In this document: positions 37,154 to 47,319 of the stretch, one piece after another
How the letters are laid out: each line of letters begins with the position of its first letter
Numbering within the stretch: position 1 is the first letter of the stretch
NCBI GenBank assembly: GCA_032128875.1
Contig: JAVLKG010000004.1
Span: 160,001-224,000 of the forward strand
Direction of reading: 5' to 3'
Length of the DNA: 64,000 nucleotides
From: Candidatus Melainabacteria bacterium 17Bon1m
GTDB lineage: Bacteria; Cyanobacteriota; Vampirovibrionia; Obscuribacterales; Obscuribacteraceae
Program-made: the position numbers and the translations under genes
The notes under the pieces: generated by a model
Databases searched by the model: none
What the model was told of the DNA's origin: nothing
The model's input: only the letters and a program-made list of their open reading frames with translations

Positions 37154-37747
37154 TTAGCTGCGGCGTTGCTTTTCAAATGCAGCAAATTGGTCGACAAACC
37201 CCAATTGAAACTTTGCCAGTGGCGATAGACTCTCGGACGAAGTTCCGGCACCCAGGGCAAACATTCTAAGTCCATCGCGTTGGTCGTTCGTAAATCGATC
37301 CCAGACGTTTTGAACCATCTCAAGCTCTTCTTTGACGAATGGCCTGGATTGGTCGAGAAAAGTCGGATGGAAATTGGGAGGCTTGACCTCACGTTCTCTG
37401 TAGTTGTTGAACATCACATAGGACACAATGCTGGATACTTCTTTGTTGACTGCATCGCCGACTTCTTTTCCGTATGTTTTGACAGCGTACTCAAAAAAGC
37501 TGTTGAGGCATGATTTTGATTCCTTGTCCTCTCGTGGTTTGTTCGCTGGTTGTGATTCATACTGGAAAGTGAAGGATTGCCCATCGAATGTGTAGTCGGG
37601 TACGCCACCAGCAATGCGGTGCTCATTGCGAACTCCTTCTGGGTATCTCCAGTCGGAGCGCGGGTTAATCAGCCATTCTGCATACGATGGTGCATTGTTA
37701 TTCTGTTTTTCACAAGATTCAAAACGTTCCATATACGCTCCATCCAA
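37154..37747 (-). CDS. Hypothetical protein
   Basis: 197-aa ORF; no recognised motif. Confidence 0.6.
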   Translation of the reverse strand: MDGAYMERFESCEKQNNNAPSYAEWLINPRSDWRYPEGVRNEHRIAGGVPDYTFDGQSFTFQYESQPANKPREDKESKSCLNSFFEYAVKTYGKEVGDAVNKEVSSIVSYVMFNNYREREVKPPNFHPTFLDQSRPFVKEELEMVQNVWDRFTNDQRDGLRMFALGAGTSSESLSPLAKFQLGFVDQFAAFEKQRRS

Positions 37748-38029
37748 ATGTCGTTACTTGTATTCCGTCGTGCACATGTAGAGATAGAGAGAACGTGTGT
37801 CAAGCGCGGATTTATACAAAGAGCCATGTCTGTCGAAACCCATTAGGTGGTCCTCCGACTGAGAAATTGAAATATAGGGTGTGCGGGGCTTTGTGTAGAC
37901 TATAGGTGCGCAGACGTGAAAAACACATGAGAGTGCTCTTCGGGCTTTTGTATCAAGGGTTTGCGGAGTTGATCGAATTGCCAGATTGAACTAGTTGTTC
38001 AATATAGAAGTTTGAACTACTAATGCGAT

Positions 38030-38998
38030 CTACGAGTTCGATGTGCCACCAAACAAGTGCTTCGCCAGAGTCTCCGCTGCTGAGTGCGGATCTACTTCGT
38101 GTTCGACTACTTGGCTGAGCATCTTTTGGTTTTCACCGGGAGTTTCAAGCGCCGCTTTCAAGCTGTCGCGCGCCATGCCAGCGACCAGCTCTGCGAGTTC
38201 CGCTTGTACTTTTGATTTGCGGCGTTCTTTTAACTCGCCCGATGATTGCAAAAATTCTCTGTGTTGTTTTGCAGCTTCCCAAACCTTTTCCACACCTTCG
38301 TTTGTTTCTGCAACACAGGTGATAACCGGCGGGCGCCAGTCGTTGGAAAACGACGCCAATTCCAAACTTGCCGTTATATCTGTTGCTGTTTTGTTTGCGC
38401 CAGGCAAATCGCCTTTGTTTACAACAAAAATATCACCGATTTCCATGATGCCCGATTTGATCGCTTGGACATCATCACCTGAGCCGGGCATGAGCACCAG
38501 GATTGTGGTGTCCGCTGCTTGCGCGATGGCCAGCTCGCTTTGACCAACACCGACTGTTTCGATAATCACAACGTCGTAACCAGAAGCTTCCAGCATGCGC
38601 ACGGCATCATAAGTGCCCATAGCAATACCACCGGAGTGTCCGCGGTTTGCCATAGATCTGATGAATACCGAGCGATCGAGCGTGTGAGCTTGCATGCGGA
38701 TCCGGTCGCCGAGGATGGCACCGCCCGTAAATGGGCTCGATGGATCGACGGCAAGTACGCCGACTTTGAGATTTGCTTTGCGCATTTGAGTAATCAGCGC
38801 ATCGACCAGCGTCGACTTGCCAACGCCCGGAGAGCCGGTTACACCGATTAAGTGCGCGCGCCCCGACTGAGGATAGAGTTGTTTCACAAGCTGGGTCGCT
38901 TGCGGACCGCCGTTTTCCACGAGGCTGATTGCTCGTGCCAGCGCGCGTCTGTCTCCGGAAAGCAGGTCTTTAGTTAATGTATCCAAATCTATCGTCAC
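38030..38998 (-). CDS. meaB: Methylmalonyl-CoA mutase-associated GTPase MeaB
   Basis: GSPGVGKST, AVDPSSPFTGGAILGDRIRM, ETVGVGQSE and VNKGD motifs; start taken at GTG 38998. Confidence 0.95.
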   Translation of the reverse strand: MTIDLDTLTKDLLSGDRRALARAISLVENGGPQATQLVKQLYPQSGRAHLIGVTGSPGVGKSTLVDALITQMRKANLKVGVLAVDPSSPFTGGAILGDRIRMQAHTLDRSVFIRSMANRGHSGGIAMGTYDAVRMLEASGYDVVIIETVGVGQSELAIAQAADTTILVLMPGSGDDVQAIKSGIMEIGDIFVVNKGDLPGANKTATDITASLELASFSNDWRPPVITCVAETNEGVEKVWEAAKQHREFLQSSGELKERRKSKVQAELAELVAGMARDSLKAALETPGENQKMLSQVVEHEVDPHSAAETLAKHLFGGTSNS

Positions 38999-39266
38999 AC
39001 CGAATGTATTGCGTTTTTCTATTGCCTGGTTTGCTTTACTCTCCGCTTGTCTTGATATCACCTTGAGAGCAGCGCAGATGATTGTATCTCAGTTGGGCGC
39101 CCTTCTTCATTTGCGCAGCTTTTCTTCAGGAATGGGGAACAAAAATTTTCGCGACCGTGTCAGTAGGCATATTGATGTCGGTATTTCGATGCGAAGCGCC
39201 AAATCGGTGTTTTTCAAGTACCGCTTAATCTGGTTTGACATTGCTAACAATGGCAGGGGTGGCGCA

Positions 39267-39893
39267 GTGAAACAGGTCTCTAAATCGATTGCTTTCTTAG
39301 TTTTGCTCAACATTTCTGCAGCGGGTGCAACTCAAGCAGCTTTTGCGGATCGAGGCAACGTTACTATCAAATCCGGCAGCGGCACTGAAATGGTTCTGAA
39401 GAAAGGCTATTTCGGTGGGCAAGAGCAGTCAATAACCGACAAGCGCGGCAACAAAATCGGGCGCAAGAAGAGTGGTTTGTTCGGCACAACCCAAGAAACT
39501 GAAGTCTCGTTCTTCGGCACCGGTATCAAGAAGAAGAAAGGCTTGTTTGGCGGAACCCAGTACGAAGGAAAGACAATACTTGGCGATTCGATAACATCGA
39601 AGAAGGGCTTGTTTGGCTTTGGCAGGCGCAATACAACTGTCGACATAAGCGGGACAACTGGGCTCGTGAAGCAGTTTATAGGCTCCAAGAAGCTGCCACC
39701 GCTGTTTGATCCAGCTGGTTCTGGTTCTACTGCAGCGCAAAAGAGTTCTGCCGGTGCAATCAGCGGCATTAGTCAGCAAGACGCTGCAGACCTGCTAAAC
39801 AACACACAAATGCCCGGAAGTGCTCAGCCGCCTGTATTGAGCAACCCGCCGCAAGATACTTCGCCACAGGACAATTCCTCGTCTACCTACTGA
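39267..39893 (+). CDS. Secreted hypothetical protein with KKxGLFG repeats
   Basis: Signal peptide ending AFA; four KK(x)G[LY]FG units; Pro/Ser-rich tail. Confidence 0.75.
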   Translation: MKQVSKSIAFLVLLNISAAGATQAAFADRGNVTIKSGSGTEMVLKKGYFGGQEQSITDKRGNKIGRKKSGLFGTTQETEVSFFGTGIKKKKGLFGGTQYEGKTILGDSITSKKGLFGFGRRNTTVDISGTTGLVKQFIGSKKLPPLFDPAGSGSTAAQKSSAGAISGISQQDAADLLNNTQMPGSAQPPVLSNPPQDTSPQDNSSSTY

Positions 39894-39954
39894 GCGTTCA
39901 AGCATTCGAAAAATTTTGAATGCGCCCAATGCCCAACGTCTCAAATGCCGCTGG

Positions 39955-40485
39955 CTATTGCTTCTTGAAGCGGCCCAGCCAGCCTTCTTTCTCTTTGGCG
40001 TTCATGTGGGCTGTAATTTCACCAATGACGGCTTCCAGCCTGCGCTGGTTGTTTTCCGCCTCGTTGAGCATAACCGCCAGCAAATCTCTTTCTTGTTCGC
40101 GCGTTTTTAACTGATGCTGAAGGTCTTGTACAGCGGCTTTCAGCTCTTCTGTCTCGTTTAATTTTGTATCTAGTAATGCGGTGACTTTGGTCAATTCCTG
40201 GTGCAGCTGCTTGTTCTCTCTGGTCTTGTCAGCCAGCAAAATGCCCTGCGACGCCAACTCTCCCTTGACGTCATCAATGTCTCGGGCTGTCCGGTCCAAT
40301 TCTCTTGCTTGAGCCGAAAGGACCAAAGCCTTTTCCTGCTGTGCCAAAAGCTGCTCTTGCAGTTCGACAACCTTCGCCATCAACGCACGAACATCCACTT
40401 GTTGTCCGGTCTGCGGGTTAACCGCCAAATTTCCGTCAGGAACCATTCTTGTTTCCAGGCCTTGTAATACCGACGTGCCAACCAT
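39955..40485 (-). CDS. Coiled-coil protein with a C-terminal amphipathic GWLGRF tail
   Basis: Heptad-rich sequence; the 5' part of the 355-aa ORF-track call is an antisense shadow of nagA. Confidence 0.75.
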   Translation of the reverse strand: MVGTSVLQGLETRMVPDGNLAVNPQTGQQVDVRALMAKVVELQEQLLAQQEKALVLSAQARELDRTARDIDDVKGELASQGILLADKTRENKQLHQELTKVTALLDTKLNETEELKAAVQDLQHQLKTREQERDLLAVMLNEAENNQRRLEAVIGEITAHMNAKEKEGWLGRFKKQ

Positions 40486-40563
40486 TACTATTCCCAGAGT
40501 TTCTGGGAGCCAATCAAGGCGGCGAACCGCCTCCTTTAGTCTAGCGAGTCCTTCAATAAAAGT

Positions 40564-41703
40564 ATGAAAAAGCTTCGATTGGCAGGTGGGCAGGTCATTA
40601 CCCCTCTTGAGGTGCGCTTTGCGGACATTCTCATTGAGGGCGGTCTGATAACTGCCATTGTGCCGCAAGAGCAAATAACGCCGGCATATGAAAACCTCGA
40701 TGTTTCGGGCCGGCTTGTCACTCCCGGGCTCATAGACTTGCAGTTGAACGGTGGGCCCGCTCTCGATTTTTGGGGCAAACCGACAGAGAAGGAACTGGAA
40801 GAGTTCACGAGAGAACAGGCTGTGGCTGGCGTCACAACATTTTTGCCCACGCTCATCACAGCGGCAATCGATCACCTGGTGGAAAACATCGATTGGCTCA
40901 ATAAACACGGGCTGAATAGCGACCTTTCGCTCGCCAAGGGACTTTCCGCTCGTATGCCGGGCATACACCTGGAAGGGCCATGTCTCTCGCCAAAGCGGCC
41001 AGGAGTTCATCCGCCGGAGCACCTGCAGCCTTTTTCAGTTGATGTTTTAAAGAGGCTGATAATGCCCGGCGTACTGCTAATGACAATGGCGCCAGAGCTA
41101 GATCCGAATGCAGAAGCGCTGCAATATTTGCAGAGCAAAGGTGTCGTCGCGTCTTTGGGACACTCGAATGCGACCCTTCAAGATGCCAGAAAAGCTTTTG
41201 ACGCTGGTGTTGGTATGATGACGCACACTTTCAACGCAATGGCTCCTCTGCACCATCGTGATCCGGGAGCCGCGGGAGCTGCGCTGATGGACGATAGAGT
41301 CAGTTGTTGCCTGATTGCTGACGGCTTGCATTTGGCACCGGAGACGGTGTCATTGATATTGCGTTTAAAAGGTCCCCGTAAATCTATTCTTGTCACCGAC
41401 GCTGCAAAGATAGGCACCACTGGTGGTGGGTTAGTCGGATCATCCATACACCTTGCTGACGCTGTACGCAATTGTGTGCAATGGCAGAGCGCTTCCTTTC
41501 AGAATGCGGTTCGTATGGCCAGTTACAATCCTGCTCGCGCTATGGGGCTGGACGAAAAGGTCGGGCATATCGAAGTGGGCAAATTTGCTGATCTGGTGGT
41601 TTGGAATCCTTGCGACTTTTCAGTTGAGCAAGTGATCGTCGATGGACAAATCCTGGCAACTGACCACAAAACCGTGGGGACCGCCGCAAAGACGGGTAAA
41701 TAA
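40564..41703 (+). CDS. nagA: N-acetylglucosamine-6-phosphate deacetylase
   Basis: PGLIDLQLNG, GIHLEGP, GHSNA, THTFNAM, IADGLH, VTDA and NPA motifs. Confidence 0.92.
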   Translation: MKKLRLAGGQVITPLEVRFADILIEGGLITAIVPQEQITPAYENLDVSGRLVTPGLIDLQLNGGPALDFWGKPTEKELEEFTREQAVAGVTTFLPTLITAAIDHLVENIDWLNKHGLNSDLSLAKGLSARMPGIHLEGPCLSPKRPGVHPPEHLQPFSVDVLKRLIMPGVLLMTMAPELDPNAEALQYLQSKGVVASLGHSNATLQDARKAFDAGVGMMTHTFNAMAPLHHRDPGAAGAALMDDRVSCCLIADGLHLAPETVSLILRLKGPRKSILVTDAAKIGTTGGGLVGSSIHLADAVRNCVQWQSASFQNAVRMASYNPARAMGLDEKVGHIEVGKFADLVVWNPCDFSVEQVIVDGQILATDHKTVGTAAKTGK

Positions 41704-41724
41704 CCTTCAACCGAGGGTGGTCGA

Positions 41725-43197
41725 GTGAATTTGCTAACCATGAAAGTAACTGCAGGAAAAACTGCGCGGATTGCTTGTCTTTCTTTGACGCTTTTTTTTA
41801 TAAGTCACACGTCAGAAACTGCCGCGTTTGCGCAGTCGAAAGAAATGGATGCGTCGGTGACATCTCTCAACCATGCGAGCCTGAGTCAACCAAAAGAGCA
41901 AGAACAGAAAAAAGCTCCAGTCCATATAAAAGTAGATCCCAATGAGAGTGAATTGATCTTTCACATGCCGGTCCTAAATCCCGGCGATGTTTTCAAACAA
42001 AAGCCAGAACGCTTGGAGGTTTTTCAGCAAGATCACTCGCCTCTCAAAGGTCGAGAAGTGCTGCTGCTTATTCACGGTGGCGGTGGCGAATATCAGAGTA
42101 TGTTCCGCTGGGATAAGGCGCTGGCATACTTTGACGCAGATCAGCAGTTCAAAAAGAAATTCAAAGTCTTTCTTTTGCGTTATGACACGACTGATTCATT
42201 AAACGATGAAATCGATCAGGCTAAAAAACTGATACCTGAACTGGCGAAAGGTGCAGGCAAGCCAATCACGATAATGGCTCTCAGTATGGGTGGTAATGTC
42301 GTTCAGGGTGCAGTTGCTGATCCGGAAGTGGCCGACTGTATTGACCGGGCCATTTGCATGGGCACACCGTTTCACGGTTCTCCTCTATTTTCTGCAGACT
42401 GGTATCAATACAGTTTGCTTCAACATAAATTTGGACCATTTACGCGCATGATGGATGCTGTCGATTACCGGCTCTATTTCAGCAGGCACAAAAACTATCA
42501 AGCTGATTTGAAGTGGGACAACCTGGACGGTGGCATTCCATCGATCGGCTCATTCAAAGGACTGACTCCGATTGGTCCAAAGGGCAATTTGAACCCGGAA
42601 AATGACGCCGGCAATGTGCTTCGCAAAATAAATGAAGGCAATGTCGATAAGGCGAAGATTATTGCTTATGCCGGATATTTAGTCACTCCCGAAGTGCTTT
42701 GCATGACCAAGAAAAGACGTCTGGAATCATATATTCTGGCGCCATATAGATTTTTTACGGTGCGAATGCCCGCGCAATTAGGGAGAGAGCAGCCTGCCCT
42801 GAAGGTCTTGAGCACCAAGATTGGCAAAGTGAAAGCAGCAGATGAAACCGGCTTGAGTACGAGAAAGTTTGCACTCAATGACGGAATTACTCCGATTGCC
42901 AGCGCGCTATTTTTGCCACCGCAAGTAGTGCGAGACTACCCTATTCTTAAAGAGGACGATCTTTCAGGTCTTAGATCGCATCTCGATATTCGTCTTGGTC
43001 GTGTGTTCAGAAACATCGATCACGTAACCTTTGTAGACGGTGTGCCACCACATCGAGGTACTAAGTTCATGAAGGATGAGCTGCATCCCGAAGACGGTAC
43101 ACATACGATTTTCGACTGGATGCTTGACGAGCTTCTTGAGCGCGAACAAGGGTACCGCGACGACGACGAACTGGTTATTACTAGATCTTCGGGATAG
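41725..43197 (+). CDS. Secreted alpha/beta hydrolase (lipase-like)
   Basis: Signal peptide; LLIHG, ALSMGG, GTPFHGS, NDG and IDH motifs. Confidence 0.8.
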   Translation: MNLLTMKVTAGKTARIACLSLTLFFISHTSETAAFAQSKEMDASVTSLNHASLSQPKEQEQKKAPVHIKVDPNESELIFHMPVLNPGDVFKQKPERLEVFQQDHSPLKGREVLLLIHGGGGEYQSMFRWDKALAYFDADQQFKKKFKVFLLRYDTTDSLNDEIDQAKKLIPELAKGAGKPITIMALSMGGNVVQGAVADPEVADCIDRAICMGTPFHGSPLFSADWYQYSLLQHKFGPFTRMMDAVDYRLYFSRHKNYQADLKWDNLDGGIPSIGSFKGLTPIGPKGNLNPENDAGNVLRKINEGNVDKAKIIAYAGYLVTPEVLCMTKKRRLESYILAPYRFFTVRMPAQLGREQPALKVLSTKIGKVKAADETGLSTRKFALNDGITPIASALFLPPQVVRDYPILKEDDLSGLRSHLDIRLGRVFRNIDHVTFVDGVPPHRGTKFMKDELHPEDGTHTIFDWMLDELLEREQGYRDDDELVITRSSG

Positions 43198-44110
43198 CGA
43201 TGCTTCGGCGTAATTGCTGCGCTTTTTTCTCTTCTTGAATTGCCAGGTCGTTTTTTCCTGTCTTGCGAAAGACCTTCGCCCGCTTTTCGTGAATGTGAGG
43301 AGACTCGTCGATTTCCATCGTCATGGCTGCGTCATAATCTCTAAGAGCATTCTTGTTGTCGCCCTTGTTGAAATAAATGTCTCCACGTTTGATTAATGCA
43401 TCCGGATCATCCGGATGCACTTTGAGCAAGTTTGTGTAGTCTACAACTGCAAGATCCGGTTTTCCCAAATACACGTACATTTGAGCACGACCGTGGATTG
43501 CTTCATAACTGCCCGGCTTTATCTTAAGCGCCTGGTCGTAGTCTTTTTCGGCTCTGTCGTATTGCTTCAAATTCTCATAGCATTTGGCACGGTGATTGTA
43601 GTACCAATCGCGAATCGGTCGAGCGTACTTAATTGCGTTGGTGAAATCATCGATTGCTTTTGGATATTGCTTCAAGATCTCATAGACGCGACCGCGGTCT
43701 GCATAAGCGCTCTTCGCATCAGGGATGATCTCAATTGCTTTCGAATAGTCCTGTACAGCCTTTTCAAACTGTTTTGTTGAAACATACAAATCGCCGCGGG
43801 CTCGGTACGCCTCAAAATTTCGCGCAGAGAGTTGAAGTGTTTTTCCATAAAATGCTAGCGCGTCTTGTTCTTTGCCCATATCATCATAAATGCGCGCTTT
43901 CTCCAAATAGAGAGCTCCATTTTGGGGATCCTTGGCAATCGCCTTTTCGATCATTTGCAAAGCCGGCTCAAGACGCTCATACTGGCGCATTTTTCGTGCT
44001 CCTTCCAGCAATTCTGTTGCGTTCGAATCCGCCCTTGCCGATATTGCATAGGTAAGCGCCAAAATTATCAAAAGCATTGAAAGGTTTGCACAGCGTTTTT
44101 TGCACAACAT
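43181..44110 (-). CDS. Secreted TPR protein
   Basis: Multiple AY..RG......A..DY..AI repeats; signal peptide. Confidence 0.88.
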   Translation of the reverse strand: MLCKKRCANLSMLLIILALTYAISARADSNATELLEGARKMRQYERLEPALQMIEKAIAKDPQNGALYLEKARIYDDMGKEQDALAFYGKTLQLSARNFEAYRARGDLYVSTKQFEKAVQDYSKAIEIIPDAKSAYADRGRVYEILKQYPKAIDDFTNAIKYARPIRDWYYNHRAKCYENLKQYDRAEKDYDQALKIKPGSYEAIHGRAQMYVYLGKPDLAVVDYTNLLKVHPDDPDALIKRGDIYFNKGDNKNALRDYDAAMTMEIDESPHIHEKRAKVFRKTGKNDLAIQEEKKAQQLRRSIAIPKI

Positions 44111-44205
44111 TTGAATACTCTTGCTGATAACTGAAAGAAGGGGCAAAGGTATTACACCACGTTTTACAGCTATACTTCTTAGAAAATTGGAGCGGGGCTC
44201 GAGAG

Positions 44206-44739
44206 ATGTTTTCCAGATTGCAGATAAGTTCAATTCAGGCGCTCGATTCTGCTCAGTCAGTCAAAGGTCTTCAGAAGTTTGCCGCCGGTTTTGCAGCTGT
44301 GTTGTTGCTTACTTCCTGCCAGCAAATATCGGTTCCGAGAGTCAGTTCGAGCGTCGGTAATGTCGAAGAGGTCTGCACGGATTTCGTCACTCACTACTTA
44401 GATAACGACGCAAAAACGTATGAGACATCTCAAAAGGTTCTGAGACAAGTTGCATCGCCTGGTTGCATTCAAAGTATGCAAAAGGATGGCGTTTTAGCTA
44501 AAAACCTAAAAGAGCTGAAGGCTAGAGTCATCAAATTTTCCAAGAACAAGACACCGGATACTGTTGATGTAAAACAAGTGATGCAGGCAGATGTGACGGC
44601 AAACGGATTGATTCCTGTCACTGTTAGAGGCGAAGTGCGGAAGGCGGCAGGCAAAACGGTGTCTTTCGCTTACAAATTGCTATTAGGCGTGCGAAAAGAC
44701 AATGGCAAGCTGGCTGTTGTGACCATCACAAAACAGTAG
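44206..44739 (+). CDS. Hypothetical lipoprotein
   Basis: Lipobox LTSC. Confidence 0.7.
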   Translation: MFSRLQISSIQALDSAQSVKGLQKFAAGFAAVLLLTSCQQISVPRVSSSVGNVEEVCTDFVTHYLDNDAKTYETSQKVLRQVASPGCIQSMQKDGVLAKNLKELKARVIKFSKNKTPDTVDVKQVMQADVTANGLIPVTVRGEVRKAAGKTVSFAYKLLLGVRKDNGKLAVVTITKQ

Positions 44740-44766
44740 GTACTTATACCGCTTACTGGCGGTTTT

Positions 44767-45789
44767 TTACAGCTTCTTTCCCATCACGGTACCCTCACCG
44801 TGCAAGTTGTTTTCCGCTGTTTTCAAACCGGTCATATCGGTAAGCCAACTGGTCACATCGTTCATCACATCGTCTTTGATGTAGGGTGTCTCGAAATGAA
44901 TGTGTCCGCGATTTTTGAGGACTATCAAACGTGCACTCGGAGAGGGAATGCGCTTCATCAACTCTTTGGCTGCCGATGCTTTGTAGAGCTTGTCGTTCTC
45001 TCCAACGATGCACAAGATGTGCATGTCGGATGGAATCTGGTCGACATACATCAAACTGGATTTGTTGACGTGCATGCTCTGCATCGACTCCCAGAAAGTC
45101 ATCGTTTTGCGATTGCCTGGATCTTTGATGTAGCCTTCAGTTACCTTAGGGTCTTCAGACAAGAAACGCTTCGCATAAGGCTCGAGCGGAATATTGCGTT
45201 TCATATTGACCCAGAATTTTGCGAAATCGGCGACGAGCGTTGGACTCAAACCCGATCTTCTACTGCTGCAAGGGCTGGCAATGACAATTCCGTCGATCAG
45301 ATTCGGATGGACGCTGGCAATCCAAAGAGAAAGATTGGCGCCCAGGCTCTCTCCCATCATATAGATTGGAACATTTGGTCTTTGCTCGCGCAAGGCGAGA
45401 ATCAGCCCGACAATGTCTTCGCGACTGCGGTAGAAGGCAATTTCTCCATCCGGAACAGTCTTGCCCTGGTCGGCAACCCATCTGCCAAAACCTCGCAAAT
45501 CAGGCGCATAGGTCTCGTATCCTTGAGCGGCCAGTTTGCGCGCCATCGGATCAAAGGCGCCTCCATGGAGAGTTGCTCCGTGGATAGCAACGATTAGCCC
45601 ATGAAGTGGCTTGTCTTTGTCGACCCAATGGTAGACAGGTTGCTTGATGTCTTTGGCGATTTTAGGTTCGTCTTCACGAATAACCTCAGCCGATGCGCCT
45701 AAGAAGCAAGTTGGCAAGAACACCATGGTCTGACAGACCAGAAAGCATGCCGTTTTAATTGGTAATGGTTTTTTCCGCACAGACGCCAT
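44767..45789 (-). CDS. Secreted lysophospholipase/monoacylglycerol lipase-like hydrolase
   Basis: IHG, DLRGFG, GESLG, GEND and GH motifs. Confidence 0.85.
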   Translation of the reverse strand: MASVRKKPLPIKTACFLVCQTMVFLPTCFLGASAEVIREDEPKIAKDIKQPVYHWVDKDKPLHGLIVAIHGATLHGGAFDPMARKLAAQGYETYAPDLRGFGRWVADQGKTVPDGEIAFYRSREDIVGLILALREQRPNVPIYMMGESLGANLSLWIASVHPNLIDGIVIASPCSSRRSGLSPTLVADFAKFWVNMKRNIPLEPYAKRFLSEDPKVTEGYIKDPGNRKTMTFWESMQSMHVNKSSLMYVDQIPSDMHILCIVGENDKLYKASAAKELMKRIPSPSARLIVLKNRGHIHFETPYIKDDVMNDVTSWLTDMTGLKTAENNLHGEGTVMGKKL

Positions 45790-45967
45790 CTCTCGATTAC
45801 ACCAGATTCCATAGGAGCATTGTGCCCAAAACAACTTCCTTTAAGATGAGAATAGTAGATGGCTGCGAAGATGCCGCCACCTGGCTATTTGTTCCCGCTT
45901 TAGGCGCGTTACACTAGTAGTAGAAGAACCCCTTACAACCTCCCAAGCCGATAAATTCGGACCAGAA

Positions 45968-47038
45968 ATGGCGGTGATTGAGATGCAAAGAGACGATTTG
46001 CGGACGTATTGGAAGCCCTTACTAGAAAAGATGACTCTGGTTGCTCTGTCTATTACCTTACTCAGTCCTCCGGCTTTGGCTCAGGGGATAAGCGAGTATG
46101 GCGGTTTGATGGGGATGCCGAGAAACGTACCTTCCGGGCACCAAGGCGCCCTGACCAACCTTTACGGGGCCGGCAGCCTGACGAATATCACGGGCGGTCA
46201 AGCAGCTGGAGCCGGTGGATTGCCGGTTGTGGGTGACAGTCGAGTGATAGCGAAAAACATTGCCGACAAGGCAAACCACTATTTTGCCGAAGCTCAGAAA
46301 AGAGAGAAAGCTGGCAAACTGGCTGAAGCTGAGGCTTGGTACCGCGGCTCTGCTCAACTGCGTGAGCAGGTTTGGGGCACCAAAGATCCGGCGGTTTTTG
46401 TCATCTATGGAAAGATAGGAGCGCTCTGCACGAAACAAAACAAACTGCCCGAAGCGGAAGCCGCTTACAGAAGGCAGATTGCTTGCGCCGTTCGCCTCTA
46501 CGGCGCAGGTGCATACGAGATGTGCCCAAGCCTTGCCCATGTGGCGGAAGCCTGCGTTGCACAGAACAAAATGCCTGATGCCATCAATGCTTATCGGCAG
46601 ATCTATCAGCTCAAGAAGAGAAAATTGGGAGATACCAATTCAGAAACGCTGGGCGCAATGCTGAAGTTGGCTTCGACTCTGAAGCAGAACGGTAACAATG
46701 CGGAAGCCGATGCGATGGCCGCAGAAGGTGCAAAATTGGCTCAAGCATCACCAGAAAACGCGCTTCTCGTGCAGGCTTTCAATGAAGTGGTTAATCCTCC
46801 TAAGCCTGGTGCCGCTGCACCGGCTACAGATGCGGGACTATCTGCCGGAGCTGGTGCTGGAGTTGGACCCGCCCCCGCCCCTGCGACCACTGCTGGGTCG
46901 CCTTCGCCGAGTAGTAATTCTGCTCCTGGCGCCAGTCCGAATGGTTCTTCGGGAACGGCTCCGGCCGCTGGATCTGCAGCAGACAAAGGAATTGAAAAAC
47001 CATCAGAGGCCAAGACGGAAGCAAAGCCGACTAGGTAG
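45968..47038 (+). CDS. Secreted TPR protein with a Pro/Ala/Gly-rich tail
   Basis: Signal peptide; kinesin-light-chain-type TPRs. Confidence 0.8.
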   Translation: MAVIEMQRDDLRTYWKPLLEKMTLVALSITLLSPPALAQGISEYGGLMGMPRNVPSGHQGALTNLYGAGSLTNITGGQAAGAGGLPVVGDSRVIAKNIADKANHYFAEAQKREKAGKLAEAEAWYRGSAQLREQVWGTKDPAVFVIYGKIGALCTKQNKLPEAEAAYRRQIACAVRLYGAGAYEMCPSLAHVAEACVAQNKMPDAINAYRQIYQLKKRKLGDTNSETLGAMLKLASTLKQNGNNAEADAMAAEGAKLAQASPENALLVQAFNEVVNPPKPGAAAPATDAGLSAGAGAGVGPAPAPATTAGSPSPSSNSAPGASPNGSSGTAPAAGSAADKGIEKPSEAKTEAKPTR

Positions 47039-47319
47039 CGAAAAACCGCATGGTTGAGCGCATTTGCAGGTGCGTGCAGTGAGGCAAAGAGTCTGTTAAA
47101 AACGGACCCTTTGTTGCTTTCCTCTTGTAAACGCTTTTCGACTCAAACGTATATCGAATCGGATCCAATCACCCGCAAACCGCATGGTCTCCCATTTGTG
47201 TCTGAGGAAACAAAATTGCACCGCGGGATGTCAGTAGTGTTATTCAACCTTTCATTTGGGTACATTAAAAACAAGAGGGCGATTGGTTCTAGCACCGTTA
47301 GGTGCTTTGGGCGGTAGTT

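Noticed and set aside
40486-41022. N-terminal half of the 355-aa minus-strand ORF
   Set aside because: Antisense shadow of nagA; the real gene probably starts at 40485.
44800-45597. 265-aa + strand ORF and similar long antisense ORFs (e.g. 48674-49336, 25166-25729, 33503-34072)
   Set aside because: They lie fully opposite well-supported genes and contain no recognisable motifs.
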